64,000 bases of DNA from a virus (lineage: Duplodnaviria; Caudoviricetes), in IMG/VR virus record IMGVR_UViG_3300028630_000010, positions 2,733 through 66,732 of that record; one strand, 5' to 3'. Position 1 is the first letter of the stretch. Every line of letters starts with the position of its first letter. Positions 56,413-64,000 of the stretch are shown piece after piece. Under the pieces are notes generated by a model, which made no database searches, was not told the DNA's origin, and worked only from the letters and a program-made list of their open reading frames with translations. Position numbers and translations under genes: made by a program.

Positions 56413-56751
56413 TTACACCGCATCCTCCTGATCTTCCTTCGGCTGCTCTGCGGCCTCGCGGGCGGACACTTCTTGTTGCACCAAGAGGTCGGCCTGCGAC
56501 TTCGCGGAGGAGACAAACTCCACCAGGTTTGCTGCGACGTAAATTCTTCCGATCCCCTGATGCAGCAAAAGCTGCTTATCGGGATCTATGTTGGTGTAGA
56601 TCGCCGGGAGCACGGGCGCCGTGATAGCCGCCAGATACTTCTTCACGACCGCCCATCCCGGGGTGTCCACCAAATCGGCGACAGCGTCAAGCTCGGCTCG
56701 CGTCAAGCCCACCACATCCGCCTTCTCAAAATAGGGAAAATCATTAATCAT
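56413..56751 (-). CDS. small head-assembly protein (Bbp19-like position)
   Basis: 112 aa directly after the portal; LVDTPGWAVVKKYL...QGIG. Confidence 0.5.
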   Translation of the reverse strand: MINDFPYFEKADVVGLTRAELDAVADLVDTPGWAVVKKYLAAITAPVLPAIYTNIDPDKQLLLHQGIGRIYVAANLVEFVSSAKSQADLLVQQEVSAREAAEQPKEDQEDAV

Positions 56752-58871
56752 GCAGCACCTCGCCTTGCGGCCACGCCGCTTTCACGTCCCATGCCCGCCT
56801 GTTTCATCGCCTGCTGGGGCTGTGCCTGATACCCTTGCGGCTGCCCTTGCGGCTGCCCTTGCGGCTGCCCTTGCGGCTGCCCTTGCGGCTGCCCGCCGCC
56901 GCCCTGCGCCCCGCCCTGCTCACCTTGGCTCACCTGCGTCAAGAGAGCCGCCGAGCGTTCGGCATCCGCCATGGTGGCGAGGAATGCCTGACGGTCCTCA
57001 TCCGGGATGAGCTTGTCGGCGTTCGGGAAATCGGTGCTCTTCAGATACTCCCGAAGGGCGATAAGAAGTTTCTCCGGACCGAGCAACTGCGCCATGAGAG
57101 GCGTCATCATCGCTTGGAAGCCTGCGGAGACGACCTGCTGCTGGGCCGAGCGCATGACCTTCGACAACTGGCCGCGGGCGATGATCTGCGCGTCTCCCTT
57201 GCAGCGTTTGTCGGGGTGGTTACGGTTGATGTAGGCAATCACCTTGTTCAACATCGGGACAATAGCGGTCGCGTCGATGTTGCCGATCACGAAGGTGGCG
57301 ATGATCGAAGCCGCCTCCTGAATCTGCATGAGCCCGGTCGCGGTCCGAGCAGCGCCGGCGAAGTTGCCCGAGCCCAGCATATTCCGGTTGAAGCCGGAGG
57401 CGTCATCGACCAGCTTGCCGATGGCATCAAACAGGGCGATGATCTCGCGGATGAGATTGGGAAGCGCCACCGGCTGAATGGCGGCACCCTGCTGGGCGGT
57501 CTGGCTGAACGCATTGGCATTGCGGAGAAACACCTTGCCGGGAGAAAGGGCGAACGCGCCGGGGCGGTCGGCATCGACAAAGCTCGAATAATCGTTGACC
57601 ACCAGCGGCACGAGCCCGGCGAGTTGAAGCTGCTTCTTGAGAGCGGCCATCGCGATATTCATAAGCGTCTGGCAGTTGTCGATCTGCGAAGCGGGGGGCC
57701 AGCCGAAGAACTGGGCCGAGTCGCCGTAGAAGCATGTCTTAACCACGGGGCGCCCGACGGCGGGGTCGCACACCTTGGAGTAAATGACCCGCCCCGCCAA
57801 CACGACCGCCTCTGTCTCGTAGTAGGATTCCGGATTGATCTCCCCCATGCCGTCCGAGTTGATTCCTTGCTCCTGCAGCTCTTTCCCCGACGCTAACCCG
57901 AACCACCGCACAGCCTCATATTTTTTCGTCGTGCCCGTCGTCTCTCCAAGCTGCGCCGAGCGCTCCGCCGCATCAGTCATCGTCTGTGAGCTGATGTCGG
58001 CGCCTCGGGGATGCTGAAGAAGAATATCGCGAATCACATCGGAGCGCCAAGCGCCTTTCGCCTTCGATTCGGCGGCGCGGGCAAGCTCGGCCTTGGTATA
58101 GCGCACCCGGATGCAAAGATCGGCATCATCCGGGCCTATCGCGCCGGGAGAGGGATAGACATCCATGGTGGAGGGGACACTGAAGCGCACGACCTTCTTG
58201 ATCTGCGGCTTGTAGGAAACGCTGTCCTTATCGCCCTGCAAGACAAGCTGCACTGTCGGCTCGTCGCACGGGCCGATTATGACCGCTGTGCCGGATTTGA
58301 CGAGATTCGCCACAAATTTGCGGACGACCGTGACCGTGAATCCGGCCTCAAGAAAAATGTCATCGACAACGCGCTCCAGCCGCTCCGCCCGCTCCGCCGC
58401 AAACGCTATCCGATCGTGATCGATCTGCTTCTCGTTCGCCTTGAGCGCCGCGTTGGCGTATTCGGCAATCTCTTCCGGGGCGGTCGCGCCGTTCGCCTGC
58501 GCCAGCTTCAGGCCCTCGGCGGCGTACTTCATGACGATGCCCGCCTGCACATCGGTCGGCAGCACGGGGTCGGGGCTGTGCGTCAGCCCCCAGGACTTGT
58601 CACCGATCTGCCCGAACACCCGGTTGAGGACGGCCATGATCTGCACGAGCTTGACGCGGGTAAGAGAGTCGTAGGTCTTGGGAAGCACACCCATCGACTG
58701 AAACAGGCGGATGTCTTCGGGCGGTGGCTTTCTCGCCCATGCCTCTAAAGCCATTGTGAGAACGGCATCCGCCCCGCTTGTTCTGCGGTGCGTGACATTC
58801 TCCTGAAACACCCGAAGCACCCGAGATACAAGGGCGTTTTCTGCGGCAGAGGATGGAATATCCGTTTTCAC
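56748..58871 (-). CDS. portal protein
   Basis: 707 aa after terL; typical podovirus portal size with a low-complexity GQPQ tail. Confidence 0.8.
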   Translation of the reverse strand: MKTDIPSSAAENALVSRVLRVFQENVTHRRTSGADAVLTMALEAWARKPPPEDIRLFQSMGVLPKTYDSLTRVKLVQIMAVLNRVFGQIGDKSWGLTHSPDPVLPTDVQAGIVMKYAAEGLKLAQANGATAPEEIAEYANAALKANEKQIDHDRIAFAAERAERLERVVDDIFLEAGFTVTVVRKFVANLVKSGTAVIIGPCDEPTVQLVLQGDKDSVSYKPQIKKVVRFSVPSTMDVYPSPGAIGPDDADLCIRVRYTKAELARAAESKAKGAWRSDVIRDILLQHPRGADISSQTMTDAAERSAQLGETTGTTKKYEAVRWFGLASGKELQEQGINSDGMGEINPESYYETEAVVLAGRVIYSKVCDPAVGRPVVKTCFYGDSAQFFGWPPASQIDNCQTLMNIAMAALKKQLQLAGLVPLVVNDYSSFVDADRPGAFALSPGKVFLRNANAFSQTAQQGAAIQPVALPNLIREIIALFDAIGKLVDDASGFNRNMLGSGNFAGAARTATGLMQIQEAASIIATFVIGNIDATAIVPMLNKVIAYINRNHPDKRCKGDAQIIARGQLSKVMRSAQQQVVSAGFQAMMTPLMAQLLGPEKLLIALREYLKSTDFPNADKLIPDEDRQAFLATMADAERSAALLTQVSQGEQGGAQGGGGQPQGQPQGQPQGQPQGQPQGYQAQPQQAMKQAGMGRESGVAARRGAA
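56834..56894. repeat. 12-bp tandem repeat encoding (GQPQ)n
   Basis: About 5 units of GCGGCTGCCCTT. Confidence 0.8.
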
Positions 58872-58877
58872 GCGGCT

Positions 58878-58907
58878 GTCTTACCACAAGATATGGGGCA
58901 ATGTCAA
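58878..58907 (-). promoter_or_regulatory. possible sigma70 promoter for the portal gene
   Basis: TTGACA-N18-TAAGAC with TGn on the minus strand. Confidence 0.4.
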
Positions 58908-58943
58908 CCCTAGATGTTGTGGAAGTTGACAATTCGACGCAAT

Positions 58944-58977
58944 TAAAACGGGCGGCATGCTAGTAGCACGCCGCCCG
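58944..58977 (-). terminator. intrinsic terminator downstream of tad2
   Basis: Stem CGGGCGGC/GCCGCCCG extended by TGCTA/TAGCA, followed by TTTTAATT on the minus strand. Confidence 0.7.
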
Positions 58978-59057
58978 CAAGGATAATCGGTTCGCCGAAA
59001 CGCTTAAGGAGACACATTGAAACGAAGGCGCGACAATAACACAGTCGGGTGCGGGTG

Positions 59058-59333
59058 TCAACCCTCGACCACAACCCAGTCATCGGCAAGGATGTCGGTC
59101 TGGCTGGCAAGCCAGGGGACAAAGCCGTTGTCGGCGGTGTGCATGCCAATGTAGGGCATAAGGGTGCCGCTGTCCACGCCATCGACGGGGCCGTTCTCGC
59201 GGACAGAAAACTCAGCGTCGGTGTAGGGGTTGACGTGGCGGAGCCACATGCCCTTGCCGTTCCAGCCCTGCCGTGCAACGCGCTTGCCCTGTTTGAGCAA
59301 CTGAAGCGCCCATCCGAAGTTCCGTTCTTCCAT
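59058..59333 (-). CDS. tad2: DUF2829 / Thoeris anti-defence Tad2-family protein
   Basis: NFGWALQLLKQGKRVARQGWNGKGMWL...PWLASQTDILADDW is the family signature. Confidence 0.85.
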   Translation of the reverse strand: MEERNFGWALQLLKQGKRVARQGWNGKGMWLRHVNPYTDAEFSVRENGPVDGVDSGTLMPYIGMHTADNGFVPWLASQTDILADDWVVVEG

Positions 59334-59398
59334 TTTGTCACCTCACACCCCTTTTGTTGCACCAAGCCGCTCGGGGCGGCACGGCTTGGCGTATGCTT

Positions 59399-61120
59399 TC
59401 AGCACAACGCCTCTTCCCCGCCGTCCCCCGCCCTCTGCCATGCCGGAACGTACAAGGAGCCATCGCGGACATAGCCGCGCCCGGTCGCCTCGGCCAACTT
59501 CATCTGATCCCCGCCCCAGCGGGCGCCGCAGCACATGTACTCGAAGGCGTCGGCGATATGAGAGTGGGCGTTCTTCGCCGGTTCGTCCGTGTTCATGTAC
59601 TCCGCGCCGATCTTGCGCCGCCCCCAGACATAGCCGCCGCCTATCGACCGGATAAGCGTGGTGCAGCCGGGGTCGATCTGCACCGCCCCCTTGTTGTTGA
59701 TGATGCGGTTCAAGAAGTGCCGCACCGCCTCAAGGCGCGTGCCGATGTCGTTGTTCGGCAGCCGGGCCGGGGGAACTGCGTCAAATCCGCAGCCCCGCAT
59801 AAGCAGAATGCCGCCCAGCGGAGAGTGCTCCGAGCGGTTCAACGCCGCCGGGTCGCAGTAGAGGGTAAGATCAGTGATCGAAAAGCCATGCGCCGCCAGC
59901 ATGGGGCGCAGGACGTTGTTGGCGAAGGTCTCCACGCTCCCCGTCGGGTCTACAGCCTCGGCGAACACATTCAGCCGACCGTCGGAGCCCATATAGCCCA
60001 GCACCGCGCGGCGGGTCTGTCCGAAGTCCATGCCGCCTATCAAACGGGTGCCGGGGGCCGGCCAGGGCACGCCGTTCTTCGCCACATGCCACCTCTCGGC
60101 GAAGTCGCTGAAAACCGGATCTCCCACCTCCGTCTTGCTGTAGAGGCAGCACACGTAGCGGTCAACATGCTCAGAGCCGGAGGTGTCGATGATGTTCTGG
60201 TAGTAGTCCCAGTGCTCGTTGAGATGCTCGATATTCTCCGCCGGGGGGATGCCCGGCCGCTGCCCCTCGTTCAACTCGTACCTCCACTTCTCGAGCTCGT
60301 CATCCCACACCTTGAACGCCGCCGGGGGCTGCTCGAAGTACACCTCCTTCTCCGGATTGGCCCCGCCGTCGCGCGATTTCTTGTACCACCATGAGTCTTC
60401 AGAGGCGGCATTCGTGTCCATGTCGACCCCGTGGTTCTTGAAGTAGTGCCAATATCCCTTGTTGTCCTGCCACGCCACCGGAAGCTCCTTGAAGTTGGGC
60501 GGGGCCATCGACAGATCAGGATAGCGCCCGCAGCGGCCGACCACCGCGTCCTTCGCCTTCTCCGAGATCGTCGTGGCCTCGTTGATCATCCCCCCGCTGA
60601 AGTTGTTGGAAAGCAGATTGCCCAGCGCCCCCGCCTTGTCCAGACCGAACCCCCGCAGCTCGAGAATATGCCTCACCCCGCCCTTCGTCTGCTCCAACGT
60701 ACCGAACACACCGTACTTCGAGCCCGTCATCCGCGTCCGGGGAAACATCGCCATCCAGGTGTCAACCAGCGTCGCCTTCAACAACGTCAGGGTGCCGCGC
60801 ACCATCGAGAACCTGTCCCGCACCACGCCGTCACGGCACGGATACTGCCGCAGGTGGCGCATGTTCATGTCCGCGGCCATGCCAACTGTCTTGCCGCTGC
60901 CAACCGGCCCCATCACACCGCGCACCAGCCGCTCCTCCCTGTGCAGCAGCTCCATCGTCCGGCTCGGGTAGTAGGTCAGATCCCGCCCCTTCCGGTACTC
61001 CTCCCACCGCTTCAACAGCGTCTCGTCACTCAGGCCCTCGTCATCGCCCGAAGCAACCCGGCGCCCAATGTCCGCCTCAAGATCGTCCAGCGCCTCGGCA
61101 TAAGATGTGTCCCGCCCCAT
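59399..61120 (-). CDS. terL: terminase large subunit
   Basis: Walker A GPVGSGKT, Walker B region MINEA, nuclease motifs GMDFG and HSHIADAFEY. Confidence 0.92.
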   Translation of the reverse strand: MGRDTSYAEALDDLEADIGRRVASGDDEGLSDETLLKRWEEYRKGRDLTYYPSRTMELLHREERLVRGVMGPVGSGKTVGMAADMNMRHLRQYPCRDGVVRDRFSMVRGTLTLLKATLVDTWMAMFPRTRMTGSKYGVFGTLEQTKGGVRHILELRGFGLDKAGALGNLLSNNFSGGMINEATTISEKAKDAVVGRCGRYPDLSMAPPNFKELPVAWQDNKGYWHYFKNHGVDMDTNAASEDSWWYKKSRDGGANPEKEVYFEQPPAAFKVWDDELEKWRYELNEGQRPGIPPAENIEHLNEHWDYYQNIIDTSGSEHVDRYVCCLYSKTEVGDPVFSDFAERWHVAKNGVPWPAPGTRLIGGMDFGQTRRAVLGYMGSDGRLNVFAEAVDPTGSVETFANNVLRPMLAAHGFSITDLTLYCDPAALNRSEHSPLGGILLMRGCGFDAVPPARLPNNDIGTRLEAVRHFLNRIINNKGAVQIDPGCTTLIRSIGGGYVWGRRKIGAEYMNTDEPAKNAHSHIADAFEYMCCGARWGGDQMKLAEATGRGYVRDGSLYVPAWQRAGDGGEEALC

Positions 61121-61124
61121 AACC

Positions 61125-61508
61125 TCACCCCTTCCTGTTGATCTTGCGCCATGCCGCGCTCAGATCGGGCAGGCACTTCGACAGAAACACTCCCGCCCAG
61201 TCGCAGCATTGGTCGAACGTGTAGTGATCCACGAGAAACATATACCCGTCCGTCGTTTCCCGGGGGGCGTGCGCTTGGGAGTACGCCGCGCCCCTCCGAT
61301 GAAGCAGCGCCTCCATCGACTCATGCAGCAAACACGCCACACCGTCCGCCCAACTCTTCCCCTTGCAACGAATGACGATCTTCTGGCACCCCCCATCCGC
61401 CGGGTTGTACCAAACCGCCGCGGCGCACCCATCGGTGTCTCCGTCCAGCTCGACCCGCACATTGTCGAAGCCGAGAATGTATGTCCCAACCAATATCGGT
61501 TTGCTCAT
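61125..61508 (-). CDS. small protein with an HExxE metallopeptidase-like motif
   Basis: CLLHESMEALL; ATGA overlap with the terS stop. Confidence 0.55.
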   Translation of the reverse strand: MSKPILVGTYILGFDNVRVELDGDTDGCAAAVWYNPADGGCQKIVIRCKGKSWADGVACLLHESMEALLHRRGAAYSQAHAPRETTDGYMFLVDHYTFDQCCDWAGVFLSKCLPDLSAAWRKINRKG

Positions 61509-62266
61509 GGCGTGTCTCCTTTCGCCCCCGCCGGCACACACTCCATCGCCTTGAACGCCGTCGCCCTGTCCGCAAACAATACCGTGTCCACGTTCTCCCC
61601 AACAGGAGCCGCCTCCACCGGAGCCCCGTCCACACCAGGCGCAGGCTTCGGGGGCGGCCCGCCCTTCGCCCCCTTCGGAACCTTCACCCCAACGTCCTTC
61701 CCCACAAACCCCAACCCCTTCAATAAATTCACCCCAAGGTTGTTGTCGAACTTCCTCAGCGTCACCCTCTCCCCGCCACGCACATCCTCAACGTCGTACC
61801 CGTTCAGACTCCTCCCCCATAAATCATCCTCCAGCCGACTCGCCGCCACCTCCCGCCGCACCTTCACCGCCGCCGCCCATAAGGCCGCATACTCCGCATC
61901 CTCCCGCCACTCCACCACCTCCAACCATGTGGACTTCGACGCTTTAAGCGCGTCCTCAGTCGATCCCTTTCCTATGTTCCCCGCCATCTGCCCCAACAGC
62001 ATCAGCGCCCTCCGCCTCGGACGCTTCCCGAGTATGCCAAGGCACAGCCCGCCCCCTCCCCTCTTGTGCCGCTCCACATATTCCAGCCCCGCTATCCGCG
62101 CCAGCTTCCTCACTATCGCCTCAGGTATGTCCGCAGGAGCCGTGTCCATGAACCGCCCACGCTCCTTCCCCTCTGGCATGTTCTCTGCCACAGCCTCTGC
62201 CACAGCCTCTGCCACAGCCTCTGCCTCTGCCTCATTGCTCACTCTCTCCGCATTTTCGCTCTCCAT
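61505..62266 (-). CDS. terS: terminase small subunit
   Basis: RLEDDLWGRSLNG...RKFDNNLGVNLLKG; upstream of terL; AAGGAGG RBS. Confidence 0.75.
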   Translation of the reverse strand: MESENAERVSNEAEAEAVAEAVAEAVAENMPEGKERGRFMDTAPADIPEAIVRKLARIAGLEYVERHKRGGGGLCLGILGKRPRRRALMLLGQMAGNIGKGSTEDALKASKSTWLEVVEWREDAEYAALWAAAVKVRREVAASRLEDDLWGRSLNGYDVEDVRGGERVTLRKFDNNLGVNLLKGLGFVGKDVGVKVPKGAKGGPPPKPAPGVDGAPVEAAPVGENVDTVLFADRATAFKAMECVPAGAKGDTP

Positions 62267-62659
62267 ACTGCCCTCCTTGCCCTTTCGCCGCGATATATTA
62301 CCTCTCCCACGCCCCCTTTACAACCCTTTTTTTTCACCCCGCCCCTCTTCATGTCCTCTGCGCCGCCTCTGAATTATCAGAACGTTTGCCCCTCACATCA
62401 CAGGGGAGGGAGCGAAAGGGGTCCCCCCGTTCCCAACCGCCGCCCCCCTCCGCGGCGGAGTCCCAGTCCCCCCATAGGGCGGGGTCGGCGGGTCGGCGGG
62501 GTGTGGGGGGGTGAGGGGCTAGCTGCGAGCGTGCAGCGTGCGCGGCGCGCGATCCGCGAGCAAACGTGTGCAGGTGATAGGCGCACATTATGACGGCGAA
62601 ATCGCGTCGCATAATATACATTATGTAAAATAGGTGTTGTGGTCAGGGTGGGTCGCGAC

Positions 62660-63003
62660 GGCGAACGGTTCGCCGAGGGGTCGTGGCGAACGGGTCGCCG
62701 AGGGGTCGAGGCGAACGGGTCGCCGAGGGGTCGAGGCGAACGGGTCGCCGACAGGGGCTCGACGGCGAACGGGTCGCCGACAGGGGCTCGACGGCGAACG
62801 GGTCGCCGACAGGGGCTCGACGGCGAACGGGTCGCCGACAGGGGCTCGACGGCGAACGGGTCGCCGAGGGGTCGTGGCGAACGGTTCGCCGAGGGGTCGT
62901 GGCGAACGGTTCGCCGAGGGGTCGAGGCGAACGGGTCGCCGAGGGGTCGTGGCGAACGGGTCGCCGAGGGGTCGTGGCGAACGGGTCGCCGAGGGGTCGT
63001 GGC
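62660..63003. repeat. 13-unit tandem hairpin repeat array (9 x 25 bp, 4 x 29 bp)
   Basis: Core GGCGAACGG(G/T)TCGCCGA plus linker GGGGTCG(T/A) or CAGGGGCTCGAC. Confidence 0.95.
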
Positions 63004-63005
63004 TG

Positions 63006-63167
63006 GTTTCAATTCACGCGCCCCGCGTGGGGCGCGTCCGACTATGCGGATATAGTATATTAGAGGTCGGTTTCAATTCACGCGTCCCGCGTGGGGCGCG
63101 ACAGGTTCTTCGAATCCGACAATATCGCGAACCTGTTTCAATTCACGCGTCCCGCGTGGGGCGCGTC
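63006..63167 (-). CRISPR. orphan type I-C CRISPR mini-array (3 x 33-bp repeats; spacers of 31 and 32 bp)
   Basis: Repeats at 63006-63038, 63070-63102 and 63135-63167. The minus-strand repeat GTCGCGCCCCACGCGGGACGCGTGAATTGAAAC has the I-C hairpin and ATTGAAAC end. No cas genes in the window. Confidence 0.9.
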
Positions 63168-63406
63168 GAGGGGAGAGGCGGCTACACTTCGCGCGGGCGG
63201 GCGCGGGCGCGCGGTTCAGGGCGGCGGGGAGGGAGCGAAACAACTCCCCTTTCTCTGCGTTTTTTTGATCCCCGCGTTGCGCGACTCACGCGCGAAAATT
63301 ATGCGAAAAAAAAATTTTTTTGCGGATGGTGCACCATGGGGAAAATTCGCAAAAACCCCAATAAAATAGGGGTTTTTGGGGGATAAAAAAAATTTGCGTG
63401 AGGGGG

Positions 63407-63435
63407 TTGACAGATGAACGGGGATATATTATATT
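63407..63435 (+). promoter_or_regulatory. strong sigma70-type (early) promoter
   Basis: TTGACA-N17-TATATT preceded by A/T tracts (UP-like). Confidence 0.85.
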
Positions 63436-63530
63436 AGATGCAAATGGGGCGCATACCGCGCCCCACCCAGACAACAACAACACCGCGCCCGCCCGTGGGC
63501 ATCGTACGCGGGCAGAAAGGAGAGCGAAAG

Positions 63531-64000
<470 letters not shown>

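Noticed and set aside
58023-58033. 11-nt match AATATCGCGAA between spacer 2 and the portal gene
   Set aside because: About 0.7 such 11-mers are expected by chance in this window, and the match does not extend.
58926-58931. + strand TTGACA
   Set aside because: No -10 element at 16-18 bp spacing.
59362-59389. Hairpin CCAAGCCG/CGGCTTGG between terL and tad2 as a terminator
   Set aside because: No U-tract on the transcribed strand; it could be a processing site, but that is unsupported.
62181-62230. 12-bp repeats encoding AEAV in terS
   Set aside because: An ordinary low-complexity N-terminal tail.
62263-62272. GGCAGTAT before terS resembling the core of the 39-bp motif
   Set aside because: Only 8 nt, including the start codon; the rest of the motif is absent.
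62660-63003. Tandem repeats as a second CRISPR array
   Set aside because: The linkers are near-constant and only 8-12 bp, with no unique spacers.
63039-63069. Loose resemblance of spacer 1 (TGCGG...AGTATAT) to the 39-bp repeated motif
   Set aside because: It needs gaps, and only short AT-rich words are shared.
62634-63386. Several ORFs across the tandem repeats and CRISPR array
   Set aside because: They are translations of stop-free GC repeats with no RBS support.

Overview
The window is most of a high-GC tailed dsDNA phage genome; ORFs run off both ends. From 1 to 21152 (+ strand) it carries a T4-like replication/recombination module: two BT4734/PriCT primase-like genes, a Dda/Pif1 helicase, DnaB, family B polymerase, a gp32-like SSB, RecA/UvsX, a 5'-3' exonuclease, an N4/N6 methylase, an SNF2 helicase and a split SbcC with SbcD. 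A short accessory island follows, with a PAPS-reductase-family gene and an HNH/NinG-like nuclease. From 21157 to 62266 (- strand) is a podovirus-type morphogenesis operon: terS, terL, Tad2/DUF2829, portal, scaffold, capsid, adaptors, tail fibre, holins, nozzle, ejection proteins and a 5064-aa polyvalent protein (peptidase motif, adenine methyltransferase, Strawberry-notch helicase, LPD-like domain, ADP-ribosyltransferase-like domain). The most unusual part is the non-coding block at 62400-63530. It holds 13 tandem hairpin repeats directly abutting an orphan type I-C CRISPR mini-array (3 repeats, 2 spacers, no cas genes in the window). Spacer 1 matches 16 of 17 nt across the -10 box of the consensus sigma70 promoter about 350 bp away. 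I saw no tRNA, rRNA, integrase, cas gene or recognisable endolysin. All annotations come from reading motifs by eye; no database searches were run.
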